64,000 bases of DNA from an uncultured Acidobacteriota bacterium (GTDB lineage: Bacteria > Acidobacteriota > Blastocatellia > Pyrinomonadales > Pyrinomonadaceae). Under the pieces are notes generated by a model, which was given only the letters and a program-made list of their open reading frames with translations, was not told the origin of the DNA and did not search any database. Below are positions 1 through 8,231 of the stretch, one piece after another. Every line of letters begins with the position of its first letter. The first letter of the stretch is position 1. The position numbers were made by a program, and so were the translations under genes. The stretch is from contig CAWKFJ010000005.1 in the NCBI GenBank assembly GCA_963848875.1, forward strand, positions 2,192,305 to 2,256,304, in the 5' to 3' direction.

Positions 1-3000
1 GATGAGGCCGTAGTTGTTCTCCTTCGTCCTCTCCTTATCCTTGCCGTAGAGGACGAAGTCTTTGGTGAAGTCCCAGCGCGTGTGGAACTCGCGGAAAATC
101 CTGCCGTCGAGCACGATGTGACGGGGCAGCCCGCCGTCCAGGTAAATCTTGCCGCCGCCGTCCGGGTTCGGCGCTGGCTTGCCCGGCTCCGACTCGACCC
201 AGCCGAAGTCCATAGGGGGGTGCGGCGGGCGGTGGCCGGCGATACCGGGGATGAAGAAGGGGAAGCCGGGGTTGCGGGTGAAGAAGGGCGACGCGGAGGT
301 CGAGCTCGTCTTGACGACGACCCTGCGGCCGGCCAGCCACTGGTCTGGGATGTGCGCGAGACCGGCGCCCCAGAGCGTTTTGAGCTTAGTCCAGACCTCG
401 TCGGGAATCCGCATGTTGGGGTCGGGGTCGTTCGTCACGGTCAGGCGGACCTTGGCCGGGATGGGGGCCATGCCGAGGGTCGGGAGGGGCACTAGGGCCG
501 GGATGGGCGTGCCGCGGACGATCTCGGCGTCCGGCAGGGCGCGGCTCCAGACCGGCTCCGCGCCGGGAGTCGCGCAGGGGACGGGAGCCCCGTTAGCGTC
601 TAAACATTCTCTGACAGTCATGGGCTGCCCGGCGAAGTTGAGTTTCGTCCCCGCCTCGAAGGCATCGTGAACTCTCCACAGAGACCACATGCCCTGCGCG
701 AAGTGCGGGTAGAAGTGGCAGTGGAAGATCGAGTCGCCGACCGTCTTGTTGCGGTTGCCGCTGCCGTTGTAGACGATCTCCAGCGTGTAGGCCGAGCCGG
801 GGTTAATCATCTGACTGTCGAGGTAGCTGGCGTTGTCGTTGTTGGGCGAGTGAAGCCACTGGTGCGCGTGCAGGTGGTGGACGTGGTTGGCGCCCACGCC
901 CGCGTGGAGGATGCGAAACTTAGTGTGGTCGCCCATGTAGCTGTGGTAGACGTTCGACGGGTCGTCCGGGTAGAGCGCCTTGGTCGCCTTCAGCCCCGGC
1001 GGCGGGTTGGTCGTTATCTGCGGGACGCACTTGCCGTTGGGCGGTAAGGTGTTCGGGTTGCAGGGCGGCGCGGGCGGCGCAGGAGGCGAGTAGTTGGCCG
1101 GGATGTCCACGACCATCGCCGGGTCGCCCACGGCCCACGCGCTCAGGAAAAACTCCTCGAACTTCAGCTCGACCGCGTCGAGGCCGCCCGCCGGGCCGAC
1201 GCCGAGGCGGTTGGAGACGATCTCAGCGCCGATGCCGCCCGTCCCGTAGTTGATGGCGAAGAGGTCGCGCACGGCGCCATAGGCGGTTCTGAGTTGTGCG
1301 TCCGGGCTGGTCGAGGCCCACTGCGTGAACGCTTGGACGGGCACCGAAGGGTTGTGGTAGTGGATGGTGAACTCGCGGTACGGCTGCCGGCGGTCGGGCG
1401 AGGCCGGGTTGTTGCGGAACGTCGGGCTGACGTTGGTGTAGGGGAACCTGTCGGCGTTCGGGCCGGTGATGATGGCCGTCAGGTCTGTGTGGTAGAGGAT
1501 GAAATCTTTCTTCTCGCCTAAGGGTTTATCCTCCGGCCTGATGTAGTCCACGTCGCAGGGGTGTATGGTGTCGACCATCCTGAGGATAGGCTTGCAGCGG
1601 CGGCTGTCGATGGGGTAGTTGGCGGGGTAGAGGGCGTTGTAGTCGATGACGGGGTGCCCGACGAGGTCGGCGGAGCCGCTGGTGGCATTGGTCGGCTCCC
1701 ACACGTACAGGTAATTCTTGATGCCGTTCGACCAGGGCTGGAGGCGTCCGTCCTTCCAAATCTGCATCGTCACGTTGATCGGCACCTTGATGACCGTCGC
1801 GGTCTGCACGGTCTGCTTGAGCTTGTGGACCGTCGTCAGCGTGAACAGATCGTACACCTTCCTCTCCTCGGCCTCCCCCACGGCCCCCTTCTCCTGCTGC
1901 CGCGCCGCGCCGGGCCTGGGGTCAATGAGCTTGGGCTCAAGGAACATGTGGACGCGGTCGTTGTTGGGCAGGTTGTCGTCGGTGAAGGTGGCGAGTTGCA
2001 GGTCGTCGCGCGTGACCTGACTGCGGTAGTACTCGGCCCCCTCCGGCTCGACGTTGACCGCGCCGAACAGCCCCGCCTGGAGTTGCCCGTTCTCGTCTCC
2101 CGCCCCGCTGGAAGCGAGGAAGGCGCCTTCGTCAACGGCGTAATACTTGTAGACGAGCGTCTTGTCGGGGGCGGCGTAGCTGCCGATAGCGCCCGGGCTG
2201 CCGGCGGGCGCGTTCGGGTTGACGCCGACGAAGGATGCGTCGCTATTGATGCCTGGCCCTCCGAGCGGGCCGGTCGAGGAGACGAGCTGCAACCCCTGTA
2301 GGTGAAGACCGGCGTTACGCGTCTTGACGGTCGAAGTGGCAGTGGGGGCGGGGGCCAGAAGATTCTTAAAGGTGATTTCGAGGCAGTCATGGGCGTTCAG
2401 GCGCAGCACCATCGGGCGCGCGCGCTTACCGCTCCTGAGGCGCACCTTGCCCGCATCCAGGCACGAGAGGTCACCCGGCCTGGCGAGACAGCCGGCCTTA
2501 TTTACGTCCTCCACCTTGTCGTTGCCGTTCTCGTCTAGGCCGACCGACGTGGGGACTACGTCGCGCTTGAGGGCGAAGACCATCCCCTGCGGCTGCGCCG
2601 CGCCCAGCCGGTTCCACATGAACGGCTGGTCGAGGGCGACGACATCGGCCTTGATAGTCTGCCGGCAATCCGTAGGCGCGACATCCTGGGGAACCGTCGG
2701 GTCGGCGGGAGGGTCGGACGCCGCCGGGGTTTCGCTGGGAGTCGGCGCACCAGAGCTACTCTCTTCCGGTGCGGCCACGGCCTGACGCGCTGGCGCTTCG
2801 GATACCGTCCGAGACGGGTCGGTACTCGACGTGGTCACCGCCTCCCTCGCGGGAGCCTCCTCAGGGGCCGCGGGCGTCGGCGACGTGCTCGCCCCTAATG
2901 ACGCCTCGCTCTGGGCGAGGCGAGTTGCCGACTGAGCTTGCGCCGCCATGGACAGGGAAATGAGTGCAAGCACGAGCGTCAGGTGACAGGTAAACGGGGT

Positions 3001-3024
3001 GGGGCGCGGGAACTTGTGGCTCAT
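1..3024 (-). CDS. Secreted multicopper-oxidase-like (cupredoxin) protein; 3' end cut by the window edge
   Basis: Absent from the ORF track because it runs off the window. My own minus-strand translation from ATG 3024-3022 (GGAGGG about 7 nt upstream) is stop-free for 1008 codons down to base 1. The N-terminus MSHKFPRPTPFTCHLTLVLALISLSMAAQA looks like a signal peptide. HVHHLHAHQW (HxxHxH) and FHCHFYPHFAQGMW (HCHxxxHxxxxM) match multicopper-oxidase copper-ligand motifs. Confidence 0.6.
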   Translation of the reverse strand, partial: MSHKFPRPTPFTCHLTLVLALISLSMAAQAQSATRLAQSEASLGASTSPTPAAPEEAPAREAVTTSSTDPSRTVSEAPARQAVAAPEESSSGAPTPSETPAASDPPADPTVPQDVAPTDCRQTIKADVVALDQPFMWNRLGAAQPQGMVFALKRDVVPTSVGLDENGNDKVEDVNKAGCLARPGDLSCLDAGKVRLRSGKRARPMVLRLNAHDCLEITFKNLLAPAPTATSTVKTRNAGLHLQGLQLVSSTGPLGGPGINSDASFVGVNPNAPAGSPGAIGSYAAPDKTLVYKYYAVDEGAFLASSGAGDENGQLQAGLFGAVNVEPEGAEYYRSQVTRDDLQLATFTDDNLPNNDRVHMFLEPKLIDPRPGAARQQEKGAVGEAEERKVYDLFTLTTVHKLKQTVQTATVIKVPINVTMQIWKDGRLQPWSNGIKNYLYVWEPTNATSGSADLVGHPVIDYNALYPANYPIDSRRCKPILRMVDTIHPCDVDYIRPEDKPLGEKKDFILYHTDLTAIITGPNADRFPYTNVSPTFRNNPASPDRRQPYREFTIHYHNPSVPVQAFTQWASTSPDAQLRTAYGAVRDLFAINYGTGGIGAEIVSNRLGVGPAGGLDAVELKFEEFFLSAWAVGDPAMVVDIPANYSPPAPPAPPCNPNTLPPNGKCVPQITTNPPPGLKATKALYPDDPSNVYHSYMGDHTKFRILHAGVGANHVHHLHAHQWLHSPNNDNASYLDSQMINPGSAYTLEIVYNGSGNRNKTVGDSIFHCHFYPHFAQGMWSLWRVHDAFEAGTKLNFAGQPMTVRECLDANGAPVPCATPGAEPVWSRALPDAEIVRGTPIPALVPLPTLGMAPIPAKVRLTVTNDPDPNMRIPDEVWTKLKTLWGAGLAHIPDQWLAGRRVVVKTSSTSASPFFTRNPGFPFFIPGIAGHRPPHPPMDFGWVESEPGKPAPNPDGGGKIYLDGGLPRHIVLDGRIFREFHTRWDFTKDFVLYGKDKERTKENNYGLI

Positions 3025-3450
3025 TGTCCCTCCGTGAGCGGGTAAGGTTAGTATGAAGTCACCGGACACCCCTCGGTGAGGTAACTTCATTCCTGGAAAA
3101 GCCGGTTGAGTAGTAGATACAGGTTGTCGAGATTGAGCGCCAAAAGAGACTGGCGTCGACGTGGTAATGAGCACTCCGGGTAACTTAAGACATCGGGAGC
3201 GTAATCCCATCCCTCTTACGTGTCAACACAATTTTCTTGATCGTTGGGAGACGAGCAAATATATTGAGGTGAAGTCCGATTGGTAAGCACTACCTATTGC
3301 AGCACAAAATTTTTTTGCAACACAACCCAAGAGAGTGTTATTACAATTCTCGCAAATCGCTGGGTTGTTCTCTTTTAGGGTTTTGTACGCGGCGCGATAA
3401 ACAATCCTCAAGCGCTGCACCCTCTCACTTCAAACCCACGGGGGCATTCG

Positions 3451-4494
3451 ATGGGAGCCAATGATTACGCCATCGTAGTCGGAATCAGCAAATACTATTA
3501 CGACGACTTGCGCTCCCTGGACGGGGCCGTGGAAGACGCCAAAAAGTTTACCGCCTGGCTGGCCTCGTCCGATGGCGGCAACGTCCCGCCCGCGCACATC
3601 AAACAGATTCTCTCCACAGACTATGAAAAACCGCAGGACTTCCTCTTCGCCCAGCCGGTTAAGAACGACATAGACAACGCGCTCATCACGTTCGGGATGA
3701 ATCAGACGGTTCGCTCGAAAGACCGACTCTACTTCTATTTCACGGGCCACGGGCTGGGGGTGGAATTCGACGACGCCGCGCTCCTGCTGGCTAACGCCTC
3801 CCGCCAATCGCCTTACGACAACCTCGGCTTCAGGAAATACCGTACGCACTTACGTAACGCCTCGTCCTTTAACCACATCATCTACTTTTTAGACTGCTGC
3901 CGGAGTCTGGACATCAGCGTGGACTGCTACGGGCCGAAGAAAGGGAAGGGGCCGATTACGGGTGACGCCCTCGGCGTGGACGATTATGTTTTTTTCGCCA
4001 CGAGGCACGGGAGAGAGGCGTTCGAGCCCCCCTACCCCGGCACCCTCAAAAAGCGCGGGCTGTTTACACAGGCGCTGTTAGAAGCCCTGGATGAGAAGAA
4101 GGCGGCGGACTCGCAGATGCGCGTGACTGCGGGCATGCTGGAAAGGTACCTGTCGAGCCGCGTCCCGGAGCTGTCTAGACAAGCGAAAGTCCCGATCGTG
4201 CAGACACCGGAATGCGACACGCGCGCGGGGAGCGACTTTCTACTCGTTCGCGCCGAGAGCCTCCCTAACGTGCGTATCCGGGTTATCGCCGAACCTGGGC
4301 TCGGCGGTACCTTCGTGCTCTGTAACGGGTTATATAATGAAATATCCCGATTCGACGCGGCCCAAACGCCCTGGGATCGTGAGCTGCCGGTCCCAGGTCT
4401 CTTCCCCCTGCTGCATTATCCCAGTGGGAGGGAAGAGATCATCAACACGAGGGAGATAAAGGATAACCCGCATGTCTACCATTTCGGGCGGTAA
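3451..4494 (+). CDS. Caspase-fold cysteine peptidase (peptidase C14 / orthocaspase-like)
   Basis: 347-aa ORF. The catalytic dyad contexts are YFYFTGHG (His) and IIYFLDCCRS (Cys). No signal peptide. Beta-rich C-terminal extension. Preceded by a 426-bp AT-rich spacer. Confidence 0.8.
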   Translation: MGANDYAIVVGISKYYYDDLRSLDGAVEDAKKFTAWLASSDGGNVPPAHIKQILSTDYEKPQDFLFAQPVKNDIDNALITFGMNQTVRSKDRLYFYFTGHGLGVEFDDAALLLANASRQSPYDNLGFRKYRTHLRNASSFNHIIYFLDCCRSLDISVDCYGPKKGKGPITGDALGVDDYVFFATRHGREAFEPPYPGTLKKRGLFTQALLEALDEKKAADSQMRVTAGMLERYLSSRVPELSRQAKVPIVQTPECDTRAGSDFLLVRAESLPNVRIRVIAEPGLGGTFVLCNGLYNEISRFDAAQTPWDRELPVPGLFPLLHYPSGREEIINTREIKDNPHVYHFGR

Positions 4495-6838
4495 CGCCTT
4501 TAACTGCTTCCTGGGAATTCAAGCCCCACATTGGATGTCGCTGATTCGCGTCTACAATCACCTTTTCGAGAAGGTGGCGCAATCGAGGGGCCGGCTGGAC
4601 TTGCGGCTCCCGCCAGGGGTCTACGAGGTGGAGGCGACGCTCGGCTTAGAGAAGGAGAGGCAGTTGGTGGCGGTCAGGCCCGACCGGCAGGCTTTTATCG
4701 ACGCGGACTCATGGACGCTGCGGTACCGCTCGGCGGCCCCACTGCGCGGTTCATCCACCACGCTCCCGGCCCAAGAGGAGGGCGCCCGGCGTTGGAGCCG
4801 AGAAGCCACTCTGGAAAGACACTCCGACGGGGAAAGCCGCCTCTTCGTCTTCGTCCGCGCCATAGATACTGAAAGCCGTCTGCCGGAGGACGTGGGGCTG
4901 CGGCTGCTAGACCATTCGGGCGCAGTCCTCACGGACTTTACGGACGGCGTCAGGGCTGACCCGGAGAACAATTACATGGCCCTGACGTGGAACCTGCCGC
5001 CGGGTCCTTACATGCTCCAAACGAAAGCGCCGCCCCGCTACCAGCCCCTCTGGCTCAGCCCCGGCTATGAGACACACGCCTTCGTCCCGTTCGCGGCGGC
5101 CCCGAACCTGGGCGCGATGTCCCTCTCCATGACACGCAAGGGCGAGGGCTTTGACCCAGACAACGACGACCTCGTCGCCGCGGAACTAACCTGGCAGCTC
5201 TTGCAGCGAAAACAAGAACTGGCGGGGGCAACCTATTTTTACCGGGACGACTTGGTCCAGGCCGCGGGCCGCAATCCCTGGCTATCCATTTTGGCGGCGC
5301 ATGCGGCGCGGACGCTGGAGCATCCCTCAAGGGACGTGTTGTTGACCTACCTCTTAGTCAGGCTCCTGGAGGCGCATCCCCGGCTAAGCGACCACCCGGA
5401 CGTGAGCGCGTTGACACTGAACGATGAGGCGGCCGCCGTTAGACGTTTCGATTTCCCCCCGATGCTCTGGAGGAGTCTGTCACTGGCGCAAAGTCACGCC
5501 GCCCTACACGCCGAGACAATCCCGCTAGGCAGCCAGACCGACCGCGTGCTCGACTCGCTGGTGCTGGATGGTCCCTGGAGCGCGTGGCGCGATATTGATT
5601 ACGAGCCGTCTTACGTGCGGGACGAGGCGAGCTTCAGGAGGGTGCTGGCAGAAGCCGAGGAAAATCCCGACGAAGTCCCGCTCTACTCGTCAAGACTGCG
5701 GGCGCACGAGGACCGCGCGCTCATGCGGCTGGCGCAGAGTCTGTCTTTCGCCGAGCAGTTGCCGGAGTTTCTGGCCCTGCCGGAAAACAATCTGCTTAAG
5801 ACGCTGACAGACGTAGAGCCCCGCGAGGTCAGCCGCGAGTGCGGCATCACGGTCGGGCGCGCCGAAGAGGCGATCAACTTTTTACGCAGGCGCCCGTCCG
5901 CGATCATGCAACCCGAAATCCTCTCGCCCTCGACGCAGGCGGCCGCTGCCTACATCTGGGAGACTCATGTCAGCGCTGAGGAGTCGCCGGACGAGCATGC
6001 GTCCGTAGATTTTTCGCTCGAGGAAGCCGGCCGCAGGCTGCGGCTGGCGTCGGCCGAGTTCGCGCGGCAGTCCGCGATGAGTGACAAACTGGCTGCCGGC
6101 TTCCCGCTGGATTTCGAGACGGTCGAATTCTTCCTGTCCACACTCGCCAGGCTCCTACTCAAAGAGGACACGGCTGATGATTTCGGCGACTTGGCGTGGC
6201 GATTAAGGGAACTGAGAGCGCGGGGCGAGACGGCTGGGGAGGACGACCTCACGACCAGATTGTTGGGCCTCCTGATTGCCGAATGGAGTTCCAGGTTAGC
6301 TGACGCTGCCGACCGAACGGCTGAGTTCGACACCGCCATCCTGATTACCGACGAAGAGGGTCGGGTTCGTTCTTACAACTCGGCGCTGAGATACATTTTG
6401 GGCCTGGGAACCGACAAGGTAGATGACGACTACTTCCGGGGGCTCGTCAACTTGCTGAGCTATACTCCGAAGGACGGGCGGAGACTATCGATCTATGAGT
6501 TTTACCCCGGTTCCCCTGCCTACCATGATCAGGTGCTAAGTCTTCCGAGAGTCGGTGTCAGGCGTAGGGGCTGGATAGTGGCCTACCTTTATCTCCTCCA
6601 CACTGATTCTCACCGTGCCCTGGACGCGCAAACCCTGCGGCTGTTCGACCACTTGACCTCCAGTGTCGCGCTGCACCAGACCTTGCTCGAATACGGCGCG
6701 CCGGAGCAGCGCCCCGCATACGTCCGGGCCCTTGGGCGAGACATCGGACAGATCCTCTTCTTATTGGACGGCCCTGAGACCGCCAGCAGTCCGGCGGTCG
6801 AAGCGCCGACTTCAGGAAGGGGCGGCCTCGCCAGATAA
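4472..6838 (+). CDS. Large multidomain hypothetical protein coupled to the caspase gene
   Basis: 788-aa ORF overlapping the caspase gene by 23 nt (alternative ATG at 4535). It has two repeated Ig-like segments (LPPGVYEVEA..., LPPGPYMLQT...), a helical middle, an HTH-like stretch VSRECGITVGRAEEAINFL and a PAS/GAF-like C-terminus (ILITDEEGRVRSYNSALRYILG). I recognise no family. Confidence 0.6.
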   Translation: MSTISGGNAFNCFLGIQAPHWMSLIRVYNHLFEKVAQSRGRLDLRLPPGVYEVEATLGLEKERQLVAVRPDRQAFIDADSWTLRYRSAAPLRGSSTTLPAQEEGARRWSREATLERHSDGESRLFVFVRAIDTESRLPEDVGLRLLDHSGAVLTDFTDGVRADPENNYMALTWNLPPGPYMLQTKAPPRYQPLWLSPGYETHAFVPFAAAPNLGAMSLSMTRKGEGFDPDNDDLVAAELTWQLLQRKQELAGATYFYRDDLVQAAGRNPWLSILAAHAARTLEHPSRDVLLTYLLVRLLEAHPRLSDHPDVSALTLNDEAAAVRRFDFPPMLWRSLSLAQSHAALHAETIPLGSQTDRVLDSLVLDGPWSAWRDIDYEPSYVRDEASFRRVLAEAEENPDEVPLYSSRLRAHEDRALMRLAQSLSFAEQLPEFLALPENNLLKTLTDVEPREVSRECGITVGRAEEAINFLRRRPSAIMQPEILSPSTQAAAAYIWETHVSAEESPDEHASVDFSLEEAGRRLRLASAEFARQSAMSDKLAAGFPLDFETVEFFLSTLARLLLKEDTADDFGDLAWRLRELRARGETAGEDDLTTRLLGLLIAEWSSRLADAADRTAEFDTAILITDEEGRVRSYNSALRYILGLGTDKVDDDYFRGLVNLLSYTPKDGRRLSIYEFYPGSPAYHDQVLSLPRVGVRRRGWIVAYLYLLHTDSHRALDAQTLRLFDHLTSSVALHQTLLEYGAPEQRPAYVRALGRDIGQILFLLDGPETASSPAVEAPTSGRGGLAR

Positions 6839-6839
6839 T

Positions 6840-7079
6840 TTACGCCGCGGTCCTTCCGCCTTTTTGCCCCTCGCCAGACGCGGTGATGTCGCCGGTAATC
6901 ACAAACTCGACGGGGACCCCCTGGAAGACTGGCGGGAGTTCCTCTCGGACCTCCGCGTTAAGTATGTAGATGCGTAGCGAATTCTCGCCCAGTCCGAAAC
7001 CCTGAACGCCTTCGATGTGACCGAACAGGCTCTTGGCGGCGGATTTGATCGCGCGCAGGTCCGGGTTGATTTGATTCAT
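6840..7079 (-). CDS. Small cytoplasmic protein resembling the N-terminal domain of the adjacent S1 protease
   Basis: Track ORF 6840..7100 trimmed to ATG 7079 (GAGGGGGA about 8 nt upstream). 79 aa with no signal peptide. VQGFGLGENSLRIYILN...VPVEFVITGDI parallels VVGIGYGAKV...LAVRVYVRA...STDVITVGDI in the protease encoded 67 nt upstream on the same strand. Confidence 0.5.
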   Translation of the reverse strand: MNQINPDLRAIKSAAKSLFGHIEGVQGFGLGENSLRIYILNAEVREELPPVFQGVPVEFVITGDITASGEGQKGGRTAA

Positions 7080-7166
7080 CTCTAAATCCCCCTCGCCCAT
7101 GTTACCACACGCGCGCGCGCAGCCGAGAGCCTACGCGGTCGGCCCCGGGAGGCGCCCGGCCCGGTA

Positions 7167-8159
7167 CTACACTATGTCGACGCCGAAGCGGTCCAGGACC
7201 GGGATGATCGGGTTGGCGAAGGTGGTGCCTAAGCCTCCGGCGAAGAGCAGCGCGACGGGGTGGCGCAGCACCGCGTCAACGATGCAGGAGCCCGAATCGC
7301 CCCCGTCACTGAAGGCCCCGCCGACGCCGGAGATGGCGATCTGGTCTTCGAAGGCGGCGAGCCTCGTCCCGTAGCGGACGTTAACGTCTGCCGCCAAGTC
7401 CATAATCACCCCGATGGTGTGCCGGGTCGTGCGCCCGTGTTTCCGCACAGACTCGTAGAGCGCCGCAGGGGCCGGGGGCTGGGCGACGCGGCCGATATTT
7501 CCGAGGATTTCCGGGTTCACGTCGCCGACGTTCAAGACCCTGGCGATGGCCGCGTCCATGCTGTTCGCCCCGAAAAAATCTAGCGGCTCGAAATCCGTCA
7601 GTTCGGCGATGGGGTCTGTCGGGTTTCCGCCGTCGGTCGGCCCGGGCTCTAGGATGGCGTCACCGGCGGAGGCCACGTTCGTGTTGGCGAGCACGTGATT
7701 GTTAGAGAGTATGAAGTGATCGTTGATGCCCGGGGCACGCCGCCGAACGAGGCAGCCGAGCGTGCCCGCGGTGATGGCGAAGTGGCCGACGGAGACGCCG
7801 CAGTCAGTCGGCCGGGCGAACGGGGTGATGTCGCCGACCGTAATCACGTCCGTTGACTTACCATTGACGGTTTTCGGAACCTTCTCCGAAGCGGGCAGTG
7901 AACTCTCGGCCACTTTGGCCCGCACGTAGACGCGGACGGCCAGTTCACCCTCGACGCCGGCCCCCGATGTGACTTTCGCCCCGTACCCTATGCCGACCAC
8001 GTTGCTCCCCCGCGGCAGGACGCCGAGAGCGAGCGCCCCCTTCGTGCCTTTCCCCGAGGCGGCCGCCAGGGCGGAGATTCCGAACAGTCTTTCCAGGAGC
8101 TCGGCTTTGTAGCTGCGGGCCTCCGACACGAGGGCCGCGTCTCTGATTTCGTTGGGCAT
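7167..8159 (-). CDS. Chymotrypsin/S1-fold serine protease, apparently cytoplasmic
   Basis: 330 aa. The His-Asp-Ser triad is in canonical order: LSNNHVLA, NSMDAAIARV, GDSGSCIV. GGAGG lies 6 nt upstream of ATG 8159. No signal peptide. Confidence 0.8.
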   Translation of the reverse strand: MPNEIRDAALVSEARSYKAELLERLFGISALAAASGKGTKGALALGVLPRGSNVVGIGYGAKVTSGAGVEGELAVRVYVRAKVAESSLPASEKVPKTVNGKSTDVITVGDITPFARPTDCGVSVGHFAITAGTLGCLVRRRAPGINDHFILSNNHVLANTNVASAGDAILEPGPTDGGNPTDPIAELTDFEPLDFFGANSMDAAIARVLNVGDVNPEILGNIGRVAQPPAPAALYESVRKHGRTTRHTIGVIMDLAADVNVRYGTRLAAFEDQIAISGVGGAFSDGGDSGSCIVDAVLRHPVALLFAGGLGTTFANPIIPVLDRFGVDIV

Positions 8160-8231
8160 TTGGTTCCTCCAGAAAAAAGTGAGACAGGTTGTGGCCCGCG
8201 CCGCGCAAGGCCGGCGGCGCGGGCCTGAGGT

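Noticed and set aside
3223-3420. A 65-aa Cys-rich ORF (GTG start) in the AT-rich spacer upstream of the caspase gene, considered as a possible small peptide or bacteriocin gene.
   Set aside because: It has no Shine-Dalgarno sequence, its composition is atypical because it lies in spacer DNA, and I recognise no motif. There is not enough support to call it a gene.
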